DNA of 63,071 nt, filler included, from Collodictyon triciliatum (taxonomy: Eukaryota): NCBI GenBank assembly GCA_043381765.1. It is 5 parts of 5 records of this genome, joined end to end, with 100 filler letters (N's around TTAATTAATTAA, not from the genome) between each part and the next. Parts side by side here need not be neighbours in the genome. Positions count along the whole stretch, not along the records: positions 20,705 to 41,276 come from JBHJMP010001226.1; positions 41,377 to 55,315 come from JBHJMP010001228.1; 3 more parts are not named here. The stretch is one strand, 5' to 3'. Below are positions 31,839 through 44,899 of the stretch, piece by piece. The notes below the pieces were generated by a model. It saw only the letters and a program-made list of their open reading frames with translations. It was not told the origin of the DNA and ran no database searches. The first letter of the stretch is position 1, and each line of letters opens with the position of its first letter. The position numbers were made by a program, and so were the translations under genes.

Positions 31839-34336
31839 TCAGTGTCGGTCTGGGTCGGGGTCTCTTTTGTTTTCTTCGTTGTGATAAAGCGGGCCGAACA
31901 TCTGCTTTTTGTATGGCCTCCCTTTCACCTTGACCTCCCAAATGACAAAATCGTCTGTGCTGAAGACCTTGTTGAGATTTTCACGGAACCACTTGCGATT
32001 GATTTCGACGCCCTCCATGCGGGTGACACCATTTCCAATAACGACGTAATCTATCCCATGGTCCCGAAGAAGGTCCAGCGCGTTTTCCTTGCCACTGTAA
32101 ATCTGGCGGGCAACTTCTTCTCTTTCACCCCAGTTGTAGCCACGCGAGACTAGCCAGCCCTTCAAGGGTATATTGATGAAAGGGTTACAAAGAGGGAATC
32201 GACATTGAGATGAGAGGGGGTAGCTTTTGATATCATTGTTTTGAAGAGAGAGAAAGGAAGAAAGATGAAAAATAGACCCAAGCGGGATTTTTTTTTTTTG
32301 ATATTAACATCACGAGATGGAAAGAATATAAATGAGAGATAGGATATAATAAGTGTACTGATGCAATCAATAGGGAAAAAGAGAATAAAAAAACAAAGAT
32401 ATATTGCCTTGTATCCGTAGTAGACCGATTTTCCTCCGATGCACAGAACTGGATGGTTATGCCTTGACCCGATGAGAAAAACAGACTCTGGCCCGGTGTG
32501 GTCTCTGACCCATTCTCCGATGATAATGTCATTTGCTGAGAAGAGAGCATACTGCTCGCCAATCTCCTTTTTCACGACACACACCTAAATCGAGCCGCAT
32601 AGGATTATTGAAAGAGCGTAGCACTTATACGTTTTTCTTCGCCTGTGAACTAAAATTAGTGTATATATAAAAAACAAAAACAAAAACAAAAAACAAAAAA
32701 CAAATAGAAACAAATGAAAAAACAAAAAAAATATTCTCACGATGCCAGGAATCATGAAAGAGAGCAAGAGGGCTGAGGCCAAGAATGTGGCGATGTTCCC
32801 ATAGGAGCAGAGCCTGTCAAAGACGAGGGCAACGAGCATGGCGAGGCCAAAGTAAGCGATGTAGAAGAGCTTCATGTTGTCGACCTCCCAGGGCTGGAAC
32901 TTGAAGAAGCAGGAGACGGCAAAGAGGAGGCAGAAGCCGAGGGAGCAGACGCACTGGCGGCGGGTCTGGAGGAAGAGGCCTGCGGCGGCAACGTAGAGGA
33001 AGAGGCCGAGGCAGGACCAGAGCCAGGCGAGGGGCTGCTGGTGGGCGTGGGACCACATGGGCTCGTAGACGGCAAAGCCCCAGCGGGAGGCGCCGGCCAT
33101 GAAGGAGACCATCTGGGGGAGGCCGAGCAGGAGGGCGGGGGCGGCCCAGGCCATGGCGTCGAGGAGGAAGGCGAGGAGGACGGCGGGGATGTGGGGGCTG
33201 CGATTGTGGCTGTGGCTGTGGCTGTGGCTGTGGCTGTGGCTGGCAAGGGTGAGGGCGAGGTCGAGCAGCAGGGTGGCGGGCTGGACCACAAAGAGGGCGA
33301 TGAAGGCGTGGCCCTGCAGGTAGGGCAGCAGCCCGCAGAGGACGCCGGAGAGCTGCAGGTAGCGGCGGCGCTCGCGGCGCGGTTGGACGGACGATTTGGG
33401 GTGGGGGTCGTCGAGGGCCAGCCACATGGCGACGAGGGCGGCGAGGGCGAGGGTGTAGGCAAACATGGCGGAGCGCTGGGGCAGGAAGATGTCCTTGACA
33501 AAGAAGAGCCAGAAGGGCGGCTCCGTGAAGGCGTAGTTGCCGCCGCAGAAGATGGTGAGGAGGACGACGGCGGCGGCGGGGATGTGGGGGCTGCGATTGT
33601 GGCTGTGGCTGTGGCTGTGGCTGTGTGCGAGGAAGCGCAGGGCGGCGGCGTAGAGCATGCCGCAGAAGGCGAGGGCGTGTGCGGCGGAGGGCAGGAGCAG
33701 GGCCCAGCGCTGGGAGAGGCCGCCGCGCACAAGCATGGCGGAGAAGTAGTCCGGGATGAGGGGGTAGGCGAGGCGGTGGCCGTCGTAGATGACCTCGCTC
33801 ATGCGCAGCAGCGAGAAGGCGTGGGAGTTCTTGCCGTAGAGGAAGGAGTTGAGCACGGCCATGTGGAAGGGCAGGTCCGAGTAGCAGTTGCCCCCGGTCC
33901 ACCACTCGCCCCCGACCGCGTCCACCACGTGCGTCTTCATGATCAGGCACAGCACCGCCCCGGCCGCGAGGACCACGCCCTCCGCCAGACGCTGCCCGCG
34001 CGCTGCTGCTGCTGAGGGTGGTGTTGTTGCAGAAGAAGAAGAAGAAGAAGAAGAAGAAGAAGAGGCAGAAGGAGAAGAAGAAGAAGAAGGAGTCCCGCCC
34101 CGCCGCGTCCACCAGTGCAGCAACCCCCACACCGCTGCGTTTGCACACAGCAGCCCGCTCTCGCTCAGCCCCCCGCCGACGTGCGAGGCAAACAGCGTGG
34201 CCCACGACACCACCGCCGCCCCGGCCGGCACGCTCGCACACGCCCGCTCCAGTGGACTCAGCCGGGGGAACAGCAGCCCCAGCGGCGTGTGTGCGCTCGC
34301 AAAGGCCGTCCACAGCGTCCACAGCGCAAGCAGCAT
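31839..34336 (-). CDS. Polytopic membrane protein, GT-C-fold glycosyltransferase-like, three exons
   Basis: More than 10 hydrophobic segments; luminal YSDLPFH..LNSF, L.YPLIPD, LPQRS, FQPWEVDN.KLF; C-terminal EWVRDHT...VF..., GY.GWL.S.G, LL..HGIDYVVIG. Second intron appears to be GC-AG. First exon is very GC-rich. Confidence 0.7.
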
Positions 34337-34414
34337 CCGGCTCTGATCTGTGTTTTGCGTTATGTTGTGTTATGTTTTTGCTTTGTTTTTTTGTTTTTTT
34401 TTTTTTGTTTTTTT

Positions 34415-34465
<51 letters not shown>

Positions 34466-34550
34466 NTTTTTTGTTTTTTTTGTTTTTTTTTGTTTTTTTT
34501 GTATTGGGCAGGCGGCTTTATGCGCAAAGGTCGTGGTGGGTCGCGCTTGA

Positions 34551-37500
34551 CTAGTCCCAGTATTTGATGACGCCGTCCCAGCCGCAGGTGGCGATCTTGC
34601 TGGTTTCCAGTGGGTGCCACTCGGCGCCGATGCAGACGCCGTTGTGTGCTTTGAGTTGTCTGGAGGTTGTGCTTTGAGTTCCTTTTCCTTTTTTTTTTCT
34701 TTTCTTCCTTATTTTTCTTTTAACCTTTTTTTTTCTTTTTTCCTTTTTCCTTTTTTTTCTTTTTCTTTTTCTTTTTCTTCTTTTGGTGGTTGTGTTGCGG
34801 ATGAATAAGGACAGACTTGTATGACCGGCATGATTTCCAATCCCAAATCCACAGCTTTCCCTCGGCATCTCCCGAAATGAGGTATCTGGACGCGATGGTG
34901 GAAGGGAAAGGAGCAGATAAAGCAGAGTGTCAGTGAATTTCTGCTTGCTGTCATGTGCTGTGTTTGGTTGACTTGAAATGAAATGAGTTGAGTTGAGATG
35001 GAAGTGCATTGCGTCGCTTGTGTCATTCATACTTTCCGTCAGACGAGAAGTTGACTTGGCATGCGTAGCCGGAGTTCAGGTGGCCGATAAACCGCTTCTT
35101 TGAGTTGAGTTTGTACTTGGAGCCAACTTCGTAGGCAAGGATTTGATTGTCGAGTGACTGGGTGGCGATGAATTTATCTGTTGTGGTGAAAAAAAAAATC
35201 GTCGAAAATAATTTCAATAATTTCAATTTCATAAATTTATACTCTTTTTTATTTTTCTTTTTTTCTTTCTATACCCATTCTCTAAATAAGATTAGATTGG
35301 AAGTGGTGCATACTATTAGGATGGAGCGCGACCGATGGCATCGAGTGCATGTGCGGTTCGCTAATTAGTTTTACTGTGACCTTTCAATTCAACAAAAGAT
35401 TGGTTATTAGTCATATTACTCGAAAAGAAACACACCGATCACCTGAGCTATTCCGGGCAGCTAAAAAATAAAATAAAATAAAATAAAACTTTCGCATTCC
35501 CGAGTATATGGATAAGAAAAAAAAATACAGGGATGCCAAACTCCCAAACACGGAGAGCTTTGTCGTCAGACGATGATATGAAACGTCTATTCTCATCCAC
35601 AAATGTGATTGTATTAACTGCGCCCAAGTGCTCATTATATTCCTGCTCTATTTTGCCAGTTTTCACATCATACTATCAAAAACAAAAACAAGAAGGTAAA
35701 AAAAAAAATAAAGAGTTATAAAAAAACAATCCTTCCTAGTTAAGTATATTTAGGTTTTTATAGTCCATAAAATCATCTAAAATATAACATCATACGTTCA
35801 CTACATTTGTTGATTGTTTCATCATTCCGCTTATAAGATTATATATCCGTGTTGTATCTCACCTGGATGATTTTCTTGCATGAATTGCCTGTAAGGAACA
35901 CACCCTGGAGCTTTGGATCGGGATTGAACTTGACGCAGTATGGTGTGCGTTGGTTTGTATATGTAGATATGCACTGACCTGTCTCTGTGTCCCACAACCG
36001 AATCTGTAAGAGGACGAGAGGGAATGTGAAAAAAAAGGAAAAAGGAAGAAAAAAAAAAGGAATACATAGAGGATTGGTTCCAGCACATAGAATTTTGACA
36101 GGGGAAAAAAATAATAAAATCCAAACGAGGTAAGAGGAAATAATTGTGAAATTCAGCAATGAGAGAATCAGTGAATATTGCTGCGAAAAAAAAATACGAG
36201 TTTATCGTAGCCACAGCTGAGGAATTGACGACCATCATGTGTGAAACAAATATCGCGAACTGCCTTGGAATGCCCAGAATACGTTCGCATACACTTTTTG
36301 GAGTTGAAGACATCCCATATCTTTGTAGACAATGGAAGGCGAGATAGCAAGAATGATTACAAACATAATTAAAGTACCCCTTGGTTTATATGAAGCATGA
36401 ATGATTGCTTTACAAAGCATGAACATTACTAAAGGAGAAACTATTCCATTCGAAATAAAATTTAAGCATATACTTATGAATTACCTTGATTTTATTATCC
36501 ATACTAGCAGAAAGTAGCAAGTGGCCTGATTGAGGGAAGAAACGAATGGCGCTAACACCTTTGGTATGTCCGTTCCTGTAGTGATACAAAATCAATATTC
36601 AAAATCATTTACAACTCCAAAGAAGGAAATCAATCGACTCCTATCCTTCTCCATCTCCTTGCTCATTTTCTCAACAACTCCAGCTATTCTGTTGTACAAA
36701 CCATTCGTGCACAACCCTCTTTGGAAGAAAGCAGGATTCAGCGGCATCAGGTAAATCAGACGGATAGTCCACAAATGTGCGTCCCATATAATCCTTCCGA
36801 GAGGCAGCATGGAATGTCGAAGTTGGCTCCGGACCATATTGGCTTGTTCCGTTAACTTCGGGGTCATCCTCATTGTCACTGAGCTCATACCATTTCTTCC
36901 CGCTTTTCCGTCCTTCGGGATTCGGTTTCCTGTTTCGTTTCGGTGGTCGCTTGTTCTCCTCGATAAACTTTTTTTCTTCTTCCTACATCGTCAAGATATC
37001 ATTTATAGGCAGGTGTTGTTCAGATGAATTCATCATACAGTTACAACAAAGACTTTTTTTTTTGTTCTTGGTTTTGTATTTATGAAATGAGTATCCACTG
37101 TTAAGGCTGGAAGATCAGCTTCGAATTCCTCATGGTCTTCGTATGGCGCCCAGGGACCAAGATACCCACCAACATCCGATGCATCTTCCTTAACGACTCG
37201 TTTTCTTGACACAAAAGCCACGCCTTTGTTTGTTTGTTTGTTTGTTTGTTTGTTTGTTTGTTTGTTTGTTTGTTTGTTTGTTTGTTTTAAAAAAAGAAAA
37301 AAAGAACAATAAATTGATTGAAGTAACATATATGATTTATATTCCAATCTTTTGAAATGATATCATCATCTATTGATTCACTTTCATGTTGTGGTTTAAG
37401 CTTAAACCCCCATTATCATCACGAAACAAATTTTACGTAATATATGCCTTGTCGAAAGTGAAATTAAATGACTATCGGAATGGTTGAAGTTAAATAGATC

Positions 37501-38298
37501 GCCAAAGTCAGTGAAAGAAAATAAACTTTTGCTTAGGGATCCAGAGCGATCTTTTGGACAAACGATGTTCATTTTTCCATCTATGAGCGCAGGTCCAAGG
37601 GGATTTGCAGCAAACCTAGCGAATCAGAATGCACAACCATGAATTTTGTTGATTTGTTACATATATAATTGGAAATCATATGCGATAACAATAAAGGAGA
37701 TCGAAATACCCTTTGTTCGAGAAGCTATGGAACTGTTCATCAAACATAGCAGGATTGATAAAAGTCTCTGCGATGTGACCTGTCCATGTGTTCTTTTCAC
37801 TCTCTTCCAATCCCTGGTGAATGGGTTTCGATCTGAGGCCGATGAGTGCTGGTTTCTAATGAAATCGAGATTTTGAGTCATTCACAACTCAAGAAAAGAA
37901 ATTTCACAAGGCCAGTGTCATTTCGGGTGTGTATGAACAATAAGAGACACGTGGACCAGAGGATTGAATGGTGCATATTCGATTTCACACGATACCTGCG
38001 GACCAAAGACAGGTGCATAGAGCACATCAACAGGTACGTTATATTCTAGCTTCTTGGCTTCGGCTTGCAGAAAGGGTTTTTGCTCCTGTGTGTCGAGGAT
38101 GTGCAAGTTTAACTCACAGCTCAACAAGAAAACAAAAGGCAGAGATCAAAACAGAGCTATGAGTGGTATTATAATTACCTCGTGCAAGGAGACGTCTGGT
38201 GCTGGATTTATAACTTCGTGAATCGTAAGCGCCTGCGATGAAGCAGCCACCGCAGGAGACTCATCTCTGTCCTCGCTATACTCTGCGATCGAGTCCAT
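34551..38298 (-). CDS. CDC40: Pre-mRNA splicing factor Prp17/CDC40 (WD40), multi-exon
   Basis: [88 protein letters not shown] and [22 protein letters not shown]. Confidence 0.97.
37225..37285. repeat. (TTTG)n microsatellite in a CDC40 intron
   Basis: Perfect tetranucleotide run. Confidence 0.95.
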
Positions 38299-38929
38299 CT
38301 GCTTTGTGGTCGGCTGATCGGAGAAGGGCACACAAGAAATAAAAAAAAGAAAGAGTACAGAAGATGGAACTGATTGAGTCAACAACACAAGTACATGCAA
38401 TGCTCGTCCCACTTCGACCAGAGACACAGGCAAATGAAACAGAGGCAGAAGTTGTGCCTGCTAGCAGTGTGGTTCACTCGATGCGAGTTGAATCCTGGCG
38501 GTTGTTTCGGTTGTGCCTGGGTGGAAGCTTTTGCGGATCTGAAAAACTGATTATTGATATATTCCAGAAATGAGCATATTCGGTAGAATAGGGCTGGCAG
38601 GGCTTTCGTTGTTTGCCGCTGTACTTTGCTCACACCAATCTTGAACAATTCCATTCATTACTCAATCTATTATTTTTCCGCCAGTGGCCAAAGAGGGAAG
38701 ACGGACAGGTAGCGAGGCAATGCGGGAACTGAGGGGATGAAGCTGCAAACCAAAACTCATGCAAAATTGAAAAAAAAATATTCTCTGTGCCTTTATTTTA
38801 TGCTCCCTATGTTTCCGTGTTCATTCATAAATGCTCCTGTGATTATTGTGCAAGGCTAGCTTTGCTGGGATGGGGATTTTGCTGGCCATCCTAGTGGGTG
38901 AGTATCCTGGTGAAATCGAGCGGATTGGT

Positions 38930-39459
38930 CTATGCAGCTGCCCGACGCACTTGTGCGCTGATGTACAAGACTATGAAATCCAAGACTTTGTGAGCATTCT
39001 TGCGTTTTCGACGAAGCGCCTTTCGGTACGAAGCACTGAGAATAATTTATCAGAACGGATTTGCTAATCATCAGGGTATCGTGTCGTTCATCGTACCGTT
39101 ATTCCCGCGGATAAAGGTGTCTCCATATTTTGCTTTGAGCGCTCCGTTTTCGTACTCTTCTGTCTGTTCTAGCGCCACATTCATGTAGCCATCAAGGCAA
39201 GCGAGAACGCCTTTAGCACGATGAAGCGGTCAGTTTTGGGGATATATGTTAAAAGAACCTTGATTGAGCGAAAGTACAACTATTGCTAATTATTGTTTTG
39301 TTTTTTGGAAACCTCCATCCAGGGCATGAAATGGAAAGAAAAGAGAAGAGCCACAAGGTTGCCAAAGTCACCTCTGTATTCGACGCCCGAGTTTAGTTTG
39401 ACAACAACCGATCGCCCCACAATTTGCTTGAGAAACTCTGCCGGCTTCTTTCCGCTCAT
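38930..39459 (-). CDS. LSM6: U6 snRNA-associated Sm-like protein LSm6, three exons
   Basis: MSGKKPAEFLKQIVGRSVVVKLNSGVEYRG|VLACLDGYMNVALEQTEEY..YGDTFIRGNN|VLYISA. Confidence 0.96.
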
Positions 39460-39726
39460 CGTCTGCTTGGCTTGTCCTTGTGCTTGGAGAGATTGCAAAA
39501 TGATGAACTTACCAGGTTTATGGAAATGATAATTCAGAAGGCTTCCTGGCTTTCTTGCGTATTATCCAGCTTTGAGTCATGTGCTGATGCAGAGAGAGCG
39601 CGCTGATGTGATCAGGACGATCAAGGGCTGATTTGATCGGAGGCGACGTAAATAATCCGCACCCGAAAATTTATTTCATGTGCCCTTTCGTGGAATTTTA
39701 TTCTGCTTTTTCTGGACGAAGGGCTA

Positions 39727-40950
39727 TCACGGGATGAAAGGGATGTATGTTTTGACGCGTTTGCGGTAGTCCACATAGTCCGTGCCAAAGAAGTCCACCA
39801 AGAACTTTTCTTCCTCCCTGTTTTTTTCCATGCATATGAAAGTTGCTGGATTAAATTTTCGACATAGATCGCATAATGAAGCAGAGATAATAAAAATAAC
39901 CCTTTTTTCGTTGAGTAAGAAAAATGCAATATATAAACGAGGAAAATAAAGGGTTATCTTGGTGTGGAGTCATCAACTCACGGTATGCGCTCATAAAAGA
40001 AGAACCAAGATGCAGCAAAGAAGGCAACAATACAGATAGGGTTGAACAACAATACTTGGCTACCAACTGACCACCAAAAGAATCCAAAGTAGCCGGGGTG
40101 TCTCATGACACTAATTATTGTATTAAAGGTTCATATAATAAATTAACATATACAGGGAAAAAAAAACTGACACAGCATAAATCGCTTGAGGATCCGAACA
40201 GGATGACTATGATGCGGTAAAGGTGATGCAATAGTGAGAAAAATAAGACTTTTCGAATATAACAGTGTGGCAAATGGGACTAAAGTAAAGTTGTATGCAA
40301 GTTGTGTGCATTTAGGTTTGATAATTATTATGGAAGCTGTGAAATGAGAGGGACCTGTAAATCCCATCAGTCACAAGAGTGTGGTCAGCAACCTTCGACT
40401 CGGAGACAAGGTGTGTGAAGTTTTTCTTCCCATGGAACTGTCCGATGACCCGAATTAACTAATTATCATTTATTTCTCATGGTTATTGAGACATTCAGAG
40501 ATATGAATAGACCTCCGGAGAACCAAACATGATTTCGATGAGTATAAAAAAAAAAGGTATTATTTACATGGCCTCCGAACGTTAAGATTATCCCAATTAT
40601 TGTGGCTATTCCAAAGTTCTTGATTGATGGGAAGTAATGCAACTCCACGAAATACTCGATAAAAGATGACAAGAAGGCCATGGAATATGCAAACCCGTGG
40701 TTCAATAGGAAGGCTATTTAATCAGGGGAAGATATGAAACCATAAGGGAGAAACCAAGGACATATGCAAGCCTTTCGGTTTCGAGACTCCATTAAACTCC
40801 AGATCTGTATCATAAAATTGGTGACAATCTTATCGGCATCATGCTCTTACAATCAGTGGACAGCTTGTCGGGATGAAATCTTGCAACAAAGACATACTCC
40901 ATGATATGGAACCATCCAAACGCAGTCATAAAGATGCCAAATCCCTTCAG
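39727..40950 (-). CDS. ICMT: Isoprenylcysteine carboxyl methyltransferase (5' part lost in the gap)
   Basis: FHIMEY, AFLLNHG..Y, NFTHLV...HTLVTDGIY, RHPGYFGFFWWSVGSQVLLFNPIC, ERI..EEKFLVDFFG.DY..YRKRV.T.IPFIP*. Confidence 0.95.
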
Positions 40951-41150
40951 CTAGGAAAAGGCAGAGAACAAAAGGAAAAGGAAAAGGAAAAGGAAAAATG
41001 CCAACTTAAGGACTAAAAACGGTTTTTAGAAAAAGCATGTCCAAATTTGTTTCGTGGTATTTCATGACAAGGTCATGGAAATTGTTTTTTTGCTTTTTTT
41101 TGTTTTTTTTTTTTGTTTTTTGTTTGTTTTTTGTTTTTTGTTTTTTTTTT

Positions 41151-41219
<69 letters not shown>

Positions 41220-41320
41220 TTTTTTGTTTTTTGTTTTTTTTTGTTTTTTTTGTTTTTTTTGTTTTTTTTTGTTTTTNNNNNNNNNNNNNNNNNNNNNNNN
41301 NNNNNNNNNNNNNNNNNNNN

Positions 41321-41332
41321 TTAATTAATTAA
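41321..41332. other. Artificial contig-joining linker TTAATTAATTAA
   Basis: Six-frame-stop 12-mer within an N spacer. Confidence 0.95.
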
Positions 41333-41388
41333 NNNNNNNNNNNNNNNNNNNNNNNNNNNNNNNNNNNNNNNNNNNNACCTATACAATA

Positions 41389-44341
41389 ATGAATAGAATC
41401 TATGTTATTACTACCTTAAATAACCCAAAACACCCAAGGTATGAAGGTGGTTATGTAAGCAGCGGCGATGCTCACAATAAATTTACTTATGGAGTAGAAA
41501 GACAAGGAACACCAGAAATTGAAACACTCAGACGAAAGCTAATAGATAATTGGAAATACTCCAGCACAAAGCTTCCTAATGAACCAAAAGAAAACCTCCA
41601 GGCAGATGCATCAATGGCACCCTCTCATCCTTTCAGGGCTCATCATACAGAAGCTTTAAGCGAGCCTAGTACAGCAGCCCCTTCAGCAGCCGCTTCAAGA
41701 GCGCCTTTACCACCTGAACGACAAGAAGAAGATTTTGAAGACATAAACCCAGACGCACTTGATGCAGACAGACCAATACTACAAGGAGCAGCACCGAGAG
41801 ATATGGACACTGCTCAGACAGAAGCTACAGAAGAAGACGACGGTAGACCTGCAACACCTAAAGAAGAAGAAAAAGACGAGAATGCAGTTATCTTAGACGC
41901 AGATGAAGTCAGTACGCGTTACAGTCTGCTTCGAACACCTTTTCAGCCGGCACCAAATAAATTTTTGTTTTAGATTACTTACAGAAACGTAAGAAATTAA
42001 TACCGGTTAAGACACACATCCGCGCTCTGGCCAATCGCATTTTACAATTGTTGCGTGCACGAGGAGTGTTACAATACACATACTTTCCAAAGTTTCAACC
42101 CACAGGAGACTATGACGACACAGAATGGAACACAGCAGAACAACCATTAGACGAGTACCTCACCGCAGAAGAAGACAAACACTTTACAATGTCTGGTTAG
42201 ACGAAGAAATCAAAGAACTAAAAACCGCCAGACTAATTCTTCTTTAGAGACTGTCCGAAGAAGAGCTGATTGCTGAAACTATATTAGAGCGCAGACTGAA
42301 TATAGAGCGAGAAGAAAGACGAGTGGAACGAGAAGCAAGAAAAGCCAAACAAGATGAGAGAGACGCAATGATTAAAGCAACCAAAGCTGCAGGAAAATAA
42401 GCAGCATCAGTAGCCGAACAAGTATCAGGACCAAGTGTCAAACAACAAATCGTAGAACTGCGAAATCAAAAAAAAAACATTGCTTGATCAACTACCACAA
42501 TTACGGCCACAGGTACCTAGCTCACTCGACCCGTCTTTCAAATCCAGAATGATGTTGATATACATTGAGCAATTAAGAGCATAAAAACAAATACAGTTGG
42601 AAGATATTGATACTTTTGACCAACCAGTCAGAACGAACGAATTTGAAAAAGCTACCAATGAATTGTTAACAAATGTAATCCAAGCGCAACGCCTTAGACG
42701 CGCAGCAATGCAGCAAGCGTATTTAGCAGAAGTTGAAAGTGCTCTTTACCATGGAGAAGATGACATGTCACGACTTGATCAGCAGTTAGTAGAGATAGAT
42801 GGGTTACTATAACAAGATATGCCCACCGACGATGATTTTTTACGAGACATTGCCGCAATGTTTTTAGCTGCACAGGAGGAAGCCGAAAAACTTCCAGCAG
42901 AGAACAGATAACTTTTAAACGAGTCAATGAAATCTTTACAAGAGAAAGTAAGTGTCACCAAACAATGTTGAAATATCTTTTACAGAGCAACCACAAGAAA
43001 GCAACACACTTCCAGCCACCCCAGTATCTCAATCATATACGCAAAGGGTGTCTGGATTCGGAACAATTGCAACAGGTGATAATAACACCAGGAGAGAATG
43101 ATTTGTAGCTCCGCCCCAGTTTGGAGAAATATATTCGATGAGTCCCACACACCATGATGAAACTATCAGACAACTGCGACAAGAAGTAAATGAGCTGAGA
43201 GAAGAATTTGTAAGGATGCAAGCTGTAGCTGCCGAAGCCACTCAAATGTATGACAGACTATTCAATGATATGTTGAGAATAAAAGACTTTAACGAAATGG
43301 CTCGCGCAATGGACGCCAAGGCATTATCTGCCATACGCGAGAGAATCACACAGTTGACACCTCGCAGACCAGGCCAATAAAATGTAAAAATTTACACACA
43401 ACCCACCCAGATAACCCAGACTAGCACTCCACTACAAGCAATCAGACAACGACAAGACCCTGATACACCTGAGAAAAGTCAAGGTATTATGGTAGTCATT
43501 ACGCCACACAAAAAAACCACAACTGCAAGGTGGGCAACCGGCAGACGACATATCACAAGTCACAGCGGGAAAACAGCTAAAATTTGTCCTGTACTTTCAT
43601 TACCTGCCCCTGATCAACCGACGAGAACATTCCCCGACCCGGCGGTACAAGAATTAAATGAAATTTCGAAAGCCTTGACCGTCAGACTATGTCAGACAAC
43701 TAGAAATCTATCACAGGCCAAGAGGTCGACCCCCAGCAGAGCATTGACAATCACACAAGGCGATTTCGTAAATGCCAAGCAGCTGTACATTGAATAACTC
43801 AGAAACGTCATGATGATATTAAGATGACAAATAGACAGTCAACGTCTGGCTATCACGGGCAGCAGAACCCCAACACCTCCACAGAACCTAGAATTACAGA
43901 TTGCTCAAATCAAAGCAGAATACGAAGAGTACAAAGCCAAAGAGACAGAAAGAATAAAGGCTTATAAAGCTGCATTAGAAGCAAGGCAAAGACATTTAAT
44001 AAAGTAGCATAATCAATGATAAAAATGTCTTTAGTAATGTCAAAAGTAGCATCGAGCCGTTAACTATAGCTATTAAAACCGCTGCAAACGACATGATCAC
44101 ACTTGAAAAACTGAGACTACGACAGCTTGGATTCTATAAGACCCTTGATTAAGAGCGACAGGCACAGATTGTGAACTGGAAGCAAGATAAACGGGAGTCG
44201 AACCAAATGCAAAAGAAGGAGGCAAGAACATAAGACTAAAGCTGATCATCAACCGTGCCAACGATAAGCAAGCTAGAAGCGTAAAGCTATGAGAGGAAAT
44301 GGCAGAATTCTAAAACCGAATCGATATATTGATACAAGACC

Positions 44342-44439
<98 letters not shown>

Positions 44440-44885
44440 CGACAGTCAGATGCCCGAAAACAGAATTTACTTGCCCAGAAATAGACCCATATAGATGAAC
44501 TAACAAGACAATTTTGCGAGAAAGCAGATCAATTAGAAGCTCAAAATGTTGCCCCTCTACACCACAAAGAAATCCCTTGTTACCTACTGCAACTACAGCC
44601 CCACAGATTGGCCTTAGTCCGAGAGACCGAGCTTTAGAAATATTACGGGCTGAGCGCGCTGCTGATGCCGAGGCATATAACAGACTGCGAAAACAATTTG
44701 AAGCACAGGACGGTACAGTTCAGGCACTTGCCCGAGAAGGCCAAGAACGAGAGCAAGAAAAAGTATTACTTGCCCAGGAAAACATTGACCTGCGGGCCAA
44801 TATACAGAGACTGAGGGCAGAAAGAACGGAAATGGGTCAAGGCGGGGAGCAACACCACCAAGACAGAGACAACCACAAAATTTAA
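41389..44885 (+). pseudogene. Large disrupted Glu/Gln-rich coiled-coil viral gene (about 1100 codons originally)
   Basis: Successive ORF fragments of similar composition continue in frame across single stops and resume after frameshifts. Confidence 0.6.
44341..44440 (+). repeat. (CAA)n microsatellite, probably poly-Gln in the viral coiled-coil gene
   Basis: Perfect trinucleotide run; the frame ..RIDILIQD-QQQ..RQSDARKQNLL reads most protein-like. Confidence 0.9.
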
Positions 44886-44899
44886 ATCCAGGTAATAAT

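Noticed and set aside
32817-34346. Long overlapping ORFs (501, 324, 286, 152 aa) over the GT-C-like gene
   Set aside because: Shadow frames caused by high GC and stop-codon scarcity; their translations are low-complexity.
34551-39459. Functional splicing-gene cluster (CDC40 + LSM6)
   Set aside because: Two adjacent housekeeping genes in a compact genome are easily coincidental.
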